64,000 nt of DNA from Octopus sinensis (taxonomy: Eukaryota). The translations under genes were made by a program, and so were the position numbers. The stretch covers positions 107,198,001 to 107,262,000 of the forward strand of contig NC_042998.1 of NCBI RefSeq assembly GCF_006345805.1, given 5' to 3'. This document shows, piece after piece, positions 27,735 to 41,785 of the stretch; the first letter of the stretch is position 1; each line of letters starts with the position of its first letter. Under the pieces are notes generated by a model. That model was given only the letters and a program-made list of their open reading frames with translations. It ran no database searches and was not told where the DNA came from.

Positions 27735-29203
27735 GTATGTACGTACATACATATACACAGACAGACATATACGCATAGATGAGTATACAGAGGAAGGAAA
27801 ACAGTGAGAGAAGGGGAGATGAATGAATGTAATACAACTGTAGTAAATCTGAGTGAGATATTTAACCACTGAAATGTTCGACGACTCATCCGATTGTTTG
27901 TGCTATGAAATGATGTGAATTAAACAAGCGGAATTACTGGATATCAGATATATCACATAAAGAAAATATGGAATACAAATATATATGTACACACAATATT
28001 AAATACCAATCAAAAAATATAAATCCCAAACCGTACAATAAACCCCTTATGTGATTTGAACCATGTTTCTATCGATTTACAATTTAATGATCAGTACTTT
28101 TCTCGTGTCTAACAATAAAATATTAGGACAAGAATTAATGCTGAGAATATTAATAGGTGTGTAACTCTGCTGAGCTAAATGGTGGACGAATAATCACTGA
28201 AATACTATTAGTTCTAAACCTCCTAAAGTCGACTTTGCTTTTCATTCTTCTGAAGCCAATAAGTATAAATCTAGAACTGAGGTGTGCAGAATCAGTAATA
28301 ACCATCTCTAAAATATACGGTCTTGCACTTTTGTTAGAAACCAACATTATAATGGCGATGAGGTGGCAAAATCGTGAGAGCAGCTAACAAAAAAGAATTG
28401 CTTTCCACTTTAATTACATCTTTTTATGTTCTGTCTTCAAATTCTGCCGAAGTCAACTTTGCTTTTCAGCGTTCCGAGGTCGTGGTTCAAATATGTACTA
28501 TTCAGGTGAGGGAGACGTTATAAGCGACTATGCCCTGCCCTCAAATGTATGGATTTAAATCTATATTAGAGATCAATATTACATTTAAGTATACCATCTT
28601 GTCTTAGCCTCTAACTTATTCTCAAGTTTGCAGACCTGGTTATTTCCCTATGTTCATTGCTTAAACATTTAACTTCATTTTGCCACATATGCTTATTCTT
28701 TCCTAGCGAGTCACTTCACTAATTGAGCTTACGTTTTCTAAATTCTGAACTCACAGAGCAAACTGCAGTAATTTCAACTTTTTTGATACCACACATTTAC
28801 AATAATCTTTGAAAACACAAAATTTATTTAATACTGCCATCACCCAGTGATTATACATATCACGAGCAGAGTGGCAAATGCATTTGTCACTCTGCTTTTG
28901 AAAAGGGACGCCTGACTTACTTTAACAACTCCATTGGGATTTGTCGCTGAGGCACACCTATGACATTATACACATATTACTTATGAATATGCCTATTACG
29001 TAAGCTATGGTAATCTTGAAACAGCTATCGAGATAAGCCTTTATATAATTCTTCCCTTCTGTTTTGTTTTGTTTTTCTTTATTTTGTAATTTGTATTTTA
29101 TGCTCCATGTAAATATACGTCTCAAGCCTAACTATGCCTACCTTACTATTTCTCTCTCTCTCTATCTCCCTTTCTCTGTCTCTCCCTTTCTCTCTCTCAC
29201 TTT

Positions 29204-29249
<46 letters not shown>

Positions 29250-29384
29250 GCATGTATGTATGTATAAATGTGTGTATGCATGTATGTATGTATATACATG
29301 ATGTTCGAAAGAATAGTTCATGTTCCATGTACTCGTGCTTCGTATTTTTGTTGTACACATTTCGTGACGTCCTGTGCCCACATA

Positions 29385-29461
<77 letters not shown>

Positions 29462-29527
29462 CGTATAGATATAAGTATGTACATAGACGTATGTATATAT
29501 GCATATATATATATAATATATATATAT

Positions 29528-29561
<34 letters not shown>

Positions 29562-30229
29562 ATATATTGATAAACATTGAGGTTGTGCACTTTTCCTGGC
29601 TCTTCAAACGTGGGCTTGTGTACAATAATTCTGTTGTCCAGAATGTAATATTTGAGAACGAGTGTTGTAAATTTTTTGTGGATCACTGTTCAAATGAAAT
29701 TACATTATGTACGCTGATACGGCAAAAGGATGGAAAATTAAAGACAGAAAATGGAAAGCTAAAAGGAATACTAAGATTTATTGATATCATTGAAAAGTGC
29801 ATGTTAATTTGTTTTCCTTTTTCATTTTTTACTAATCTATTTATAGGTTGCTTAATTAGCTTTCGAGACATTACGCATTATTGTCACTATTCGCTTTTGC
29901 TTCCTTCTTTTCTATTATTGTTGTCTTCAATATCGCGTGGGAAGTCTTGCGACATTCGTCCTTATATCGTTATTCCTTTTATTACTGTTGATATTGTTTC
30001 TAATATCTGAAGTAATTGAAGTCGGGCAAAATAAAAAATGAAATCAAAGAATTGTTGTCTGAATGTTTATCAAAGTTCGTAACCGAACTACATCTGCAGC
30101 ACACGTGGGCAAATTTAATTGAGTCTGATTGTGTACATGATGGTGCTTATTAGTATGCAGTTTGATTGTATTTCTGTGATCGTATTGTTTTCTTAAAGTC
30201 TGCCATGAGTGAAAATGAGTGTTTGATTC

Positions 30230-30848
30230 TTTTCTACTTCTCAAGCATGATGGCTCAATAATCAGCCATCGCTTTCCGCTTTGCATCCACCTCATTTCCA
30301 CACTCACTTCGTATATCTCCCACAAAATTTTCCGTTCCCTTCCCTTCATACATTCATACACACCAAGTTCAAACAAGCCAACAAGACCGCAACCGATAAA
30401 ACACGCCATATGCTGTGTTACTTTATCAAGAAAAACCTTCTGTCTTATCGCACTCATTTTATGTATCCCAAATGAGATGGAGGCTATTAACAACTACTTT
30501 CCCAACACCTCTAACCCATATCTCACTTAATGATCACCGGTACGGTTTATGTTAAACTAGATATTCTGAAGACCTACGTTGTCTCCTGCGCCACTTGCTA
30601 GATGAATCTCATTCTCTAGAAATTTGATTAAACCAACTAGTTGCCATCGAAATTAGCAAACTCTCGATCATGTCTGGTACCCCAATCTTCCATTAAAATC
30701 ACCTACCTTTAAGCTCCATCCGTTCCTCATCTCTTGGATCTGTGGTTTCCTCTCAAATTGCGCAATTTCTGCACGCATTGGCCTAAAGTCTGATATCCCC
30801 CAGGGTTCAGTTTTCATACCTCATATCTTGCCTCCTATTCATCAATGC
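30230..30848 (+). mobile_element. Degenerate CR1/Jockey-like RT fragment
   Basis: LNDHRYG, VAIEISK..DHVW, SWI..FLSN and PQGSV..LFIN motif remnants. Confidence 0.55.
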
Positions 30849-30857
30849 CCTATATAT

Positions 30858-30908
<51 letters not shown>

Positions 30909-30937
30909 GCACACATTCATACATACATACTTATACG

Positions 30938-30969
<32 letters not shown>

Positions 30970-31123
30970 AATATATATATATTATATATATATATGCACA
31001 CATTCATACATACATACTTATACGTATATATATGCATACTTATACGTATATATACATACATATATGTGTATGTGTATATATATATGCATATACATATATT
31101 GTGTATGTATGTGTGTATGTACG

Positions 31124-31157
<34 letters not shown>

Positions 31158-32216
31158 TGTATGTATGTATGTATGTATGTATGCATACATGTATGTATGT
31201 ATAAAAGAAATTTGTTTATTCTAGCATACATTAGTTAGAAAATATATAAGAAAATAGTATTTATATTGCGGGCTTACAGAGATGAGTCATATTCAGTGTA
31301 AATGCCTTTTACATCAGCAACTGGTTCTTAAAGAGAAACAATCATCTGTTGCTAATGACGTGAACGATGAACATCGACGGTATGGTGATGAACTGTCAAA
31401 ACATAGGACATTAACAACATGGACAAACGTATGAAATTATTTTATTTTTATGTATTCCATCGGTACTTTTTGTGTTTTCTTTTTTAAAGCAGTTGGACTG
31501 CTCAAACTCTGATAATGAATTTATTGAACAGCTTATCTCCTGAATATGTCAATGAATATTTGCAAAACAAACATTGAGTACATCATCCACATAACTTTAT
31601 TTCTGCATGGAATGAAGATATAAAAACGTGTCTACGGTACTGAGGTTTGCTAAAAATATTTACACGCTATAATGTATATTTGTTAAATGCTGTTTAACAT
31701 TTAGATAAGAAATAATCAGTTTTTTTCTGAGAACCAGCAGTCAAGTGACCAACAGTTGCAGAAAGGAACTTTCTGCGGACAGCTGATTCGCTAGAAATAA
31801 CAGTGAAACCTATCCACTTGGAAAAGGAGAAATCTTAGATATTCCATGTTTGAAAAAAGACATGAAGATTTATATTCTTCCATTTTTCTTTTAAATAATG
31901 ATGTATGATTTCACAAGATTTGGCTCCTGTATCTAACAAGTTCAGTGACTACGTAAGGCATCTTTTGTAGAATTCCAAGTCAGAGAGATATCTACCGGCA
32001 ATGACAACTAGTTTATGTATTCTGTCTTTTACTCTCCGATAAACATTTGGTTCTTTTAGTGATAACTTTTCCTCTCAGCCTATCTCTATTTTCTTTTACC
32101 TCTTCCTTCTCATAATTCTTCATGTACAGGCGTTTTGCGTGTACTTCATAATAAATAATGCATACAACCCTACACACATACATATAATTTTCTCTCTCCC
32201 TCTTTCTCTTTCCCCA

Positions 32217-32250
<34 letters not shown>

Positions 32251-32998
32251 GCTCGCTCGTTCGCTCGCTTTTGCTAGCTTCCTCTCTTTCACTCTTTCTA
32301 TCAATCCCTTTATCATTCTATACACCTATCAATATCTACGTGTGGGTGTGCATGCCATGATGATTAATAAATACAGATAGACATAATTTAGATTTCTTTT
32401 CTTTTCTTTACTTGTCTTAAATCATATTCATTTATCTATTTTTGGGTGTTCTTTTTCTAAACTTAGAAAGAAATGAGAGAAAAACATACCAATAAATTCT
32501 CTTGTCGAGTTAATACAATGTTTTCTGGACATATACCGTTTTGGTGGTCTTACCAACAACAACCAACTTCACCACAATTATATTCACCACCATGATTCTA
32601 TATGCATTGTTTGTTTTTTTTCTATTTTGCTTTACATTATCATCTCGCCTCTTGAAAGTTGTTTTCCGATATGTTTGTGATAACATAACACGATTCCTTA
32701 CATCTAACTGAAGCTAAAAACAACATACAAGAAACACATGATAAAGTCGTAACACGTGATAAAGTCCAATTAAAAGAAAAGAATAAGTCACCGTTTTTCA
32801 CATTTTTCAATTTACTTTTGTAAATTTCGAAATTGAGTAAGTTGTGTTTTGTACATGTTAAGTTTTCTTTATATAACTTTTATTGTCTCGATGGTCAAAT
32901 GGTCAAAGGAAATGTTTTCCCACGTGGCTTCGTTTATCACTCTCAGATATGGATGGCACAATATTTGAGGCATAATACCAAATTCAGTGTATATATAT

Positions 32999-33067
<69 letters not shown>

Positions 33068-33129
33068 CACACTGAATTTGGTATTATGCCTCAAATATTG
33101 TGCACCTATATCTGAGAGTGATAAACGAC

Positions 33130-33404
33130 CAGATGTCGCTACACATCGCTGGTCACAATGCGCTTCGCACTGTTCTAGCTTTTCAAATGACGCCACCCCA
33201 GCTGGCTAAGCGAGCATGCCAACAGAAGAAAGAGTGAGAGAAAGTTGCGGCGAAAGAGTACAGCAGGGATCGCCACCACACCCTGCCGGAGCTTCGTGGA
33301 GCTTTAGGTGTTTTCGCTCAATAAACACTCACAACGCCCGGTCTGGGAATCGAAACCGCGATCCTACGACTCCGCTGCCCTAACCACTCGGCCATTGCGC
33401 CTCC

Positions 33405-33405
<1 letters not shown>
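33130..33405 (-). mobile_element. tRNA-derived SINE (family D)
   Basis: Minus-strand head ggaggcgcaatggccgagtggttagggcagcg...ggtttcgattcccagacc with A and B boxes. Confidence 0.8.
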
Positions 33406-33447
<42 letters not shown>

Positions 33448-33550
33448 ATTATATATAATATATATATATATATAAATATTAGGGATAAATCCAAATTTAC
33501 AGGGAAAAAATCAGATTAAGGATTAAATCCAATTTTATAGTAAAATATTA

Positions 33551-33810
33551 TATAATATTATTAGAGACAAAACCACTATTTTGCAAAACAAACAAGGAAA
33601 GACTTAATCAAACATAAAATTTTAATAAAAAGTCAAAAAAACCGCCACTACAATTGTTTCTTGTCTTGATCGACAATCTTCAGGTGGACTTCCATAAGTC
33701 AGTTTCAAATTATGGCGGTTTTTTTGACTTTTTATTAAAATTTTATGTATTGATTAAGTCTTTCCTTGTTTGTTTTGCAAAATAGTTGTTTTGTCTCTAA
33801 TAATATTATA
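33551..33810. mobile_element. PLE-type foldback terminal module with about 97-bp inverted arms
   Basis: 33551-33647 is a near-perfect reverse complement of 33713-33810; the spacer holds a hammerhead. Confidence 0.75.
33645..33687 (-). ncRNA. Canonical minimal type I hammerhead ribozyme
   Basis: Minus strand: CCAC CTGAAGA TTGTC gatcaa GACAA GAAAC aatt GTA GTGG. Full CUGANGA/GAAA core, perfect stems I (4 bp) and II (5 bp), GUA cleavage triplet, palindromic stem III. Confidence 0.85.
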
Positions 33811-33847
33811 TATATATATATATAGATATATATATATATATATATAT

Positions 33848-34381
33848 CGTCACTGGGTCGTATAAGGATAAGGCCGTAATGTATTTACATGCAGTTAAAT
33901 ATATGTCCGGTCATAGAATGACCAATGGTTTTGCATCCATAAAGCGCTTAGCTTTATAGAGGACTTGTCAAACTCTAATTGCCGAGTGCATATAACCTCT
34001 CTTCAAACTGGAAGTAGAAAACTGTTACCGTCAGTTAATTTGTAAACAAACGAATAATATACACTGTTTGAGCTTTAAATAGACCGGTCCAGTTGGCAAA
34101 TCTTATCGACTTAAAGGGCAAAGAGGGAATCTCCACCCTTAGTTTGTTTCCGCTCTGCAAGTACTTTTTACAGCTATAATCGACGAAGGTGGAATCCTAT
34201 GCCTTCAATAGGATCTCGTGTTTTGAGTCTAAGCGACCTCTGGGTCCAGCGAATTTTTAAGGATCTTTGCCTGCTCAGCTATGTAAAGCTGATATTCTCC
34301 GCTTCCGGCTGCTCTATGATATATTTATATTCATGTATGTATGTGTGCGTGCGTGTGTGCGTGCGTGTGTGTGCGGTGTGC

Positions 34382-34413
<32 letters not shown>

Positions 34414-34814
34414 TGTGGTGTGTGTGGTGTGTGTGTGTGTGTGTGTGTATGTGTGTGTGTGTGTGTGCGTGTGTGTGTGTGTGTGTGTATGCTGGCACTT
34501 AGTGAAGCTTATTTTATTTGGTGATCTAGAATTCAGATACTGAAGGTTTTGGTGTTATGTATGTAACCCTAAATATAAAATTCTAAAACACTGTTGAAAG
34601 AAATTGTAGAAGTTATTCTCGACAAATTGAATTTAATGTTCACTGTTATTCACAATGAAATCACGTTATCTTACGATTCTGATACTTTTGAGAAACAGGG
34701 TAGATAGTGGGAAGAGGAATATTTTTATCTGTTCCTTGACTGTTACTATAAATCTAGGAAAAAATATATAAATAAATATATATAATAAAATAAATATATA
34801 TTATACTATATATA

Positions 34815-34845
<31 letters not shown>

Positions 34846-35061
34846 CATATATATATATATATAAAATGTTGCAATTTATGAATAACAGCGTCGTTAGTTA
34901 CAGGTTTCTAACCGATCGATCATACCTTCACGCCAATTCTAAGTATAACAATGTCAAGAGAGTATCTATAACTTGATGAACTTTGAAAAAAACCGTTTGT
35001 TCACTGATGTGTATAGCCATCGCGAGATACGGTGTAATATATATATATATATATATATATA

Positions 35062-35098
<37 letters not shown>

Positions 35099-35857
35099 CG
35101 GAGATACATATACATATATAACTATACGTACATAGTACATACATACATTATATGTATATATGTATTGTATATGTATATGTGTATATATGTATATATGTAT
35201 ATGTATATATTATATAATATATGCGTGCGTATACATATATATAATTAACGTATATGTGTATAATACATATATATATTTATTATATATATATATATATATA
35301 GATATATAATATATATATCGTCACTGGGTCGTATAAGGATAAGGCCGTAATGTATTTACATGCAGTTAAATATATGTCCGGTCATAGAATGACCAATGGT
35401 TTTTGCATCCATAAAGCGCTTAGCTTTATAGAGGACTTGTCAAACTCTAATTGCCGAGTGCATATAACCTGTCTTCAAACTGGAAGTAGAAAACTGTTAC
35501 CGTCAGTTAATTTGTAAACAAACGAATAATATACACTGTTTGAGCTTTAAATAGACCGGTCCAGTTGGCAAATCTTATCGACTTAAAGGGCAAAGAGGGA
35601 ATCTCCACCCTTAGTTTGTTTCCGCTCTGCAAGTACTTTTTACAGCTATAATTGACGAAGGTGGAATCCTATGCCTTCAATAGGATCTCGTGTTTTGAGT
35701 CTAAGCGACCTCTGGGTCCAGCGAATTTTTAAGGATCTTTGCCTGCTCAGCTATGTAAAGCTGATATTCTCCGCTTCCGGCTGCTCTATGATATATTTAT
35801 ATATCATGTATGTATGTGTGCGTGCGTGTGTGCGTGCGTGTGTGCGTGCGTGTGCGT

Positions 35858-35904
<47 letters not shown>

Positions 35905-36294
35905 TGGTGTGTGTGTATGTGTGTGTGTGTGTGCGTGTGTGTGTGTGTTGTGTGTATGCTGGCACTTAGTGAAGCTTATTTTATTTGGTGATCTAGAATT
36001 CAGATACTGAAGGTTTTGGTGTTTGTATGTAACCCTAATATAAAATTCTAAAACACTGTTGAAAGAAATTGTAGAAGTTATTCTCGACAAATTGAATTTA
36101 ATGTTCACTGTTATTCACAATGAAATCCCGTTATCTTACGATTCTGATACTTTTGAGAACAGGGTAGATAGTGGGAAGAGGAATATTTTTAATTGTTCCT
36201 TGACTGTTACTATAAATCTAGGAAAAAATATATAATAAATATATATATAAATAAATATATATTATATATATAATATAATATATATATATATATA

Positions 36295-36367
<73 letters not shown>

Positions 36368-36537
36368 AAATGTTGCAATTTATGAATAACAGCGTCGTTA
36401 GTTACAGGTTTCTAACCGATCGATCATACCTTCACGCCAATTCTAAGTATACAATGTCAAGAGAGTATCTATAACTTGATGAACTTTGAAAAAAACCGTT
36501 ATTCACTGATGTGTATAGCCATCGCGAGATACGTGTA

Positions 36538-36594
<57 letters not shown>

Positions 36595-36804
36595 CGGAGA
36601 TACATATACATATATAACTATACGTATGTACATATACATGCATATATATGTATATATGTATGTATATGTATATATATATGTATATATTTATATGTTATAT
36701 ATATTAAAATTAATCGTAATACATATATATAATTATACGTATGTGTATATACATATATATATTTATTTATATATATATTATATATATATATATTATATAT
36801 ATAT

Positions 36805-36836
<32 letters not shown>

Positions 36837-36840
36837 GATA
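33848..36840. repeat. Two-copy tandem duplication, period about 1471 bp
   Basis: Units start at 33848 and 35319 (cgtcactgggtcg...), near identical and bounded by (TA)n. Each carries a possible degraded RTE RT remnant (about 34060-34320 in unit 1). Confidence 0.95.
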
Positions 36841-39800
36841 CACACACACACATATATATATATAAGTATGAGCGTAGTTTCTGTCTACCTAATTCCTCTC
36901 ACAAGATCTGATTTGATGAACTTGAACTAATCAACCAGCTCAATATGAAAAACACTCGGGGTACCAAAGTATTCAATATACACAACTTGTAGAATAGTCA
37001 CCACCACTATCACCACTAGATTCGTTTCCTGACAGAATTATGGATCTTAGTAAATAATAGCTTCTTCTTTACACACAGGGCCAACGATTTTGAGGCGAAG
37101 ACTTCGTCGACACCATCAATCCAGCACTTTATTGATACTTTATTTTACCGAACCTGAAAAATGAAAGGCAAAGTTGGCCTCGGTAAAATTCGAACTTAAG
37201 AACGTAATAAGCCGGAAGATATAAAGGAAAGCATTCGTTATCCGGAGTTGTTGCAAATCATACAATATTTTTGCTGATATTCACTTGGGTTTTGTCCAAC
37301 GTTTCAAAGAAATAATTATTAAGCTCCTTCGCTCGTGCGTTACTAGCTTAAGACCATGACTATCGTGATATTAGAAAATAGATAATTGTCCGAATATGTT
37401 GGTAAAGGTGCCCTACACTGAGATTCTGTTAAGACATTCAAATGAAAACCCTATAGCATCTCCACATATCTAAATCCATGTTCCACAAAACCAAAGCATC
37501 GATGATTAATTTGAGTATGACATCAAGTAAAGTTAGTAAAAAGTTTCTGCTTTTATTTTTCATTATTTCACATGATTTGCATCCTTTTGAGCATTCAGGA
37601 AGACATAGACGTGACTATCTAATGTCGTCATTCCTAAATATTTAATCGTATATGCCAATGTATGAATCAATATTAAAGATTTGCATCAGTTAGAGAAACA
37701 GAAATAAAATTAAATGCTTAGAGATTTCATCCATCAAGATAATTAATTATGTAATTAAAAGATACATAAATTATTCATAAATCCTGCAAACTAACTATAA
37801 ATCATCTGAATATTCGATGTATCACTTTCACAATTTTTACTCGATATCGGTTTTCTTTAATGAAATTTCGCAAGAAAATAATCAAGTCCCATTACATTTA
37901 ATGGATCGTTGTACCACCTTTGATGATTTCCTGTTCATATAGTAAGCTGGCGGTAAGCTAGCTTCACACAATCTATTTTCGCTCTTAGTTACAAGAGCCT
38001 AGCGAGGTGTAATTCCTTTAAACCTAAAATTAAAGTTTTGCAAACTCTACTTCCTACAAACGTACCCTCTCAGCACAATCACATATGTTTTGTGCATATA
38101 TAGATTTAATATATGTATGTGTGAGCGTCTGTATGTATTCCACCATTTTGAATAACAGAGACCTTAGTGTTTCCTTATATTTACTGTATTACTTTTCTCA
38201 TATACATATATATATATAATGTGTAATTACAAAACAATGTAAGAAGAGAGGGTGAGAAGAATCGACCTCAGTACAGATGCTTTTCTTTTTTTATTGACTC
38301 CGAAAGGATGAAATTTAAAGTTGACCCATGTGCGTGAGAGCCAGAAAGAACGCAGCATATCAATTCTCTCCGGCGCTCTAACAACTCTGTCAATTCACCG
38401 CCTTACTCCATAAGAAGCGTTATTAGTTTAAAAGATTACAAAATCAAAGCTCATATTTTTTTCGCTACTCTTTTTTGTAAGATATTGTTGTTGCTTTTTT
38501 TTTTTCGTATTTCTTTTGACAATATTTACAAAATTTACCCCTACGAATCTCAGTTCTTTCCGTTGAAATATTTCATGTTGATTCGTCTTATTCATCAAAA
38601 GCACGCACATTTTCCTGCTTGTAGCATTTAATAAGAACAACATAAAAGTTTTGCTAAGTAAACACGTTGTATGTATAGCAAAAATTGTGTTGTGTTGAAA
38701 TGAAGCAACACAAGTAAAAAGACAAATATCTTTTAAACACTCTAGGATACTAAAGTTCATATGTGTACTATGAATATTTAAGTTTAGATATAAGTATAAA
38801 TGATTCCATCATATTTTATTTGCTTGTTAAATTGCCAACTTCAGTTAATTTTCAAATCGACTAACGGAAACAGAATAAACAACCATACATCGCCTCGATG
38901 AAACATAAAACGCCTTTAGAATCCGAAGTTGAAGCATTCATAGAGAGAATTTAAGCCGACAATTATGATTGGTTATTTATGAAAGACTTTGACGTCATCT
39001 ACTTCTCACAACTTGATTAACTGATAATATTGGTTCCAAATTTTGGCACAAGGCCATCAATTTCGGTTGAGGAGATAAGTCGATTGAAGTGACCCCATAG
39101 TTCAACTGGTACTTATTTTATCGGCCGCGAAAAGATAAAAGCGAATTCGATCCCAACGACATTTGAATTCAGAACTGTTAAGTTGGAAGAAATGCCGCTA
39201 AGCATTTTTCCAACGCGATAACGATTCTGCCAGCTCGCCACCTACGATGAATTGATAATATCAACAAGATTAATTTGCAAATATTTCAATAGTTTTTAAA
39301 TTCTTTTATTTAGAAAGCTACTCTTTACTATTTTTGCAGCTGTTGTTCAAATCAATTAATTTTCATATCGTATTGAATTATCAACAATTTACATTAAAAT
39401 ATATATTACCAACATACCTTAATAATAAACTAAACAGCTCACGTGATTTGATTGTTAAATTACTTTAGAACTCTCAAAAATCTCTTATTGTTACCTTTTT
39501 CTTTTGGAGTTCTCAGACCTGTTGTATTAGAAAAACTGATAATCCAATAAAAATAAAAACATGAGTACGCAAAACATGCACGCACGCGTGTGTGTTTGTG
39601 CCTGCGTTTGTATTTGTGTGTCTCGGGGAGGGAACGCAGTATTACCGAATGGGTAAGAAGTTTACTTCGCAACCACGCCGTCCCGAGTTCGATTACACTG
39701 TGTGGCAGCTTCGGAGAATGTCATTTTCGATAATCTAGGGTCAACCCATATTTTGTGAGCAAAATTTGGTAGAGGGAACAATATACAAGCCCATTGGGTG

Positions 39801-40029
39801 GATTGTACTTGTAATTCAATAGGTAGGGCATTATCATACACAGTGCAACGCTGATTCAGCCCCAGAATTCCGTTAAAAACACGTGTGGCTGTGGAATGCA
39901 CAGCTGCTCACACGTTAATCGGGAGTAGATTAATCAGTTGACCGAACAAATTAATCCTTGTTATCAATGGATTGAGATCCCCTGCTGCATGGTGAGGATA
40001 TGAGTGTGGTTGTGGGTGTATATATATAC

Positions 40030-40124
<95 letters not shown>

Positions 40125-40243
40125 TAAAGAAAAAATCGTCAGAATTTTGGAAAAAATCTTTTTATTTCTTTATTATTATTAGCGCTTTCGTTCGTTTCTC
40201 GAACTTATCAAATAAAATTTTGTGAATGTAACACTCTCTCTCT

Positions 40244-40276
<33 letters not shown>

Positions 40277-40383
40277 TATAGATATATATATATAGTTCAA
40301 ATTTACAGAAAACAGAAGACAAAGATAGGTGAAGGAACAACAAGCAGGTGTATTAGTTTAACGCTCGGTAAGAATGGAAAAGT

Positions 40384-40419
40384 CTTTGACGTTTCAAGCC
40401 TACGCTCTTCGACAAAAAG
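40384..40419 (-). ncRNA. Hammerhead variant, second copy of the 43208 family
   Basis: Minus strand: CTTT TTGTCGAA GAGC gtag GCTT GAAAC GTC AAAG. The flank at 40290-40460 is homologous to 43110-43270. Confidence 0.5.
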
Positions 40420-41264
40420 TATGAAGAGGAAAAAAACGGAGAGAAAATAACGCGCGCGCACACACACACACACACATACACTCACCCATACGCACACACA
40501 TATATGATACGTAACCAGACGTCGGGATCTGCCCAGTGGCTGTTAGGAGGAATGGATTGGAGTAAAAAGTAAAAGAAATTGAAAAACAGAAGCAAAATTA
40601 AGACAAAAGAAACTGTAATATAAAACTATAATGGTGGATACATAATAGATGTGAGTTAACGTTAAGAGTTAAGTCCCTAGAGAAAAGTAATGCAGGAAAC
40701 ATAAGGAAACAAAATGTATGCATAATGTGTGTGTAAATGGTTAGATGGTAAAGATGGTTATCAATGAAACGTAAGTAAAACTAATTCTGCAAATAAAAAT
40801 ACGCCGGATGTAGGTTATCTCTGCTTTATTACCAGTCAACTAAGTAGTTCGTTAATTAATCAATTAATTGGTTTATCAAAGTCCTTCATAACACTTTTTG
40901 TATTCTTTCCACCAATGACTACCGATATGAAAGAATGGAACAAAACAGTAAGATATCATACAACCACAACTAGTCGGTAGCATTGCCAGACAGGCTAACA
41001 GTAAGTATGTGTTGGTGAGAAAAAAAATGGCGACTGTTGTACAACTCGGTATACCAGCCTCTTGACAAAACAGCAAAATAGTTCACATACTAGTTGATCC
41101 GTTACCGGGACCCTAACAGGAGCTACTAATCCGAGTCAGAGTAGACCTAGGAGCAATAGTGGCTAAGAGGGGGTTCCACGTAAATATAGATACACACACA
41201 CACATATATATACATATATATACATGCACATGAGATGCATATGTGTGTGTGAGTGAGTGTGTGT

Positions 41265-41481
41265 ACTCTTTTATTCTTTTACTTATTTCAGTCATTTGAT
41301 TGCGGTCATCCTGGAGCACCGCCTTTAGTCGAACAAATCGACCCCAGGACTTATTCTTTGTAAGCCTAGTACTTATTCTATCGATATCTTTTGCCGAATC
41401 GCTAAGTTACGGGGACGTAAGCACACCAACATCGGTTGTCAAGCGATGGTGGGAGGGGGAAAACACAGACACACAAACATA

Positions 41482-41524
<43 letters not shown>

Positions 41525-41756
41525 TTAGAATATTCTTTTTCCTTGTAAGTTTGGATTTTATTCCCTTAAATAATAATTATATATATATATATACGACGGG
41601 CTTCTTTCAGTTTTCGTCTACCAAATCCTCTCACAAGGCTTTGGTCAGCCCGAGTAGAAGTAGAAGACACTTGTACAAGGTGCTATGCAGTGGGACTGAA
41701 CCCAGAACCATATCGTTGGTAAGCAAGCTACTTGCCACACAACCACTCCTGCGCCT
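41265..41756 (-). mobile_element. tRNA-derived SINE (family C) with internal microsatellite
   Basis: Minus-strand head aggcgcaggagtggttgtgtggcaagtag...ctgggttcagtcccactgc. The 3' part resembles the short pieces at 16686-16737 and 18372-18420; degraded copy at about 39650-39800(+). Confidence 0.75.
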
Positions 41757-41785
41757 TATTTTTATAGAAACAAGATATATATAAA

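Noticed and set aside
29240-30010. Longest ORF in the track (256 aa)
   Set aside because: The first part is (TA)n translation; the rest is T-rich with no recognisable domain, and its length is near chance expectation.
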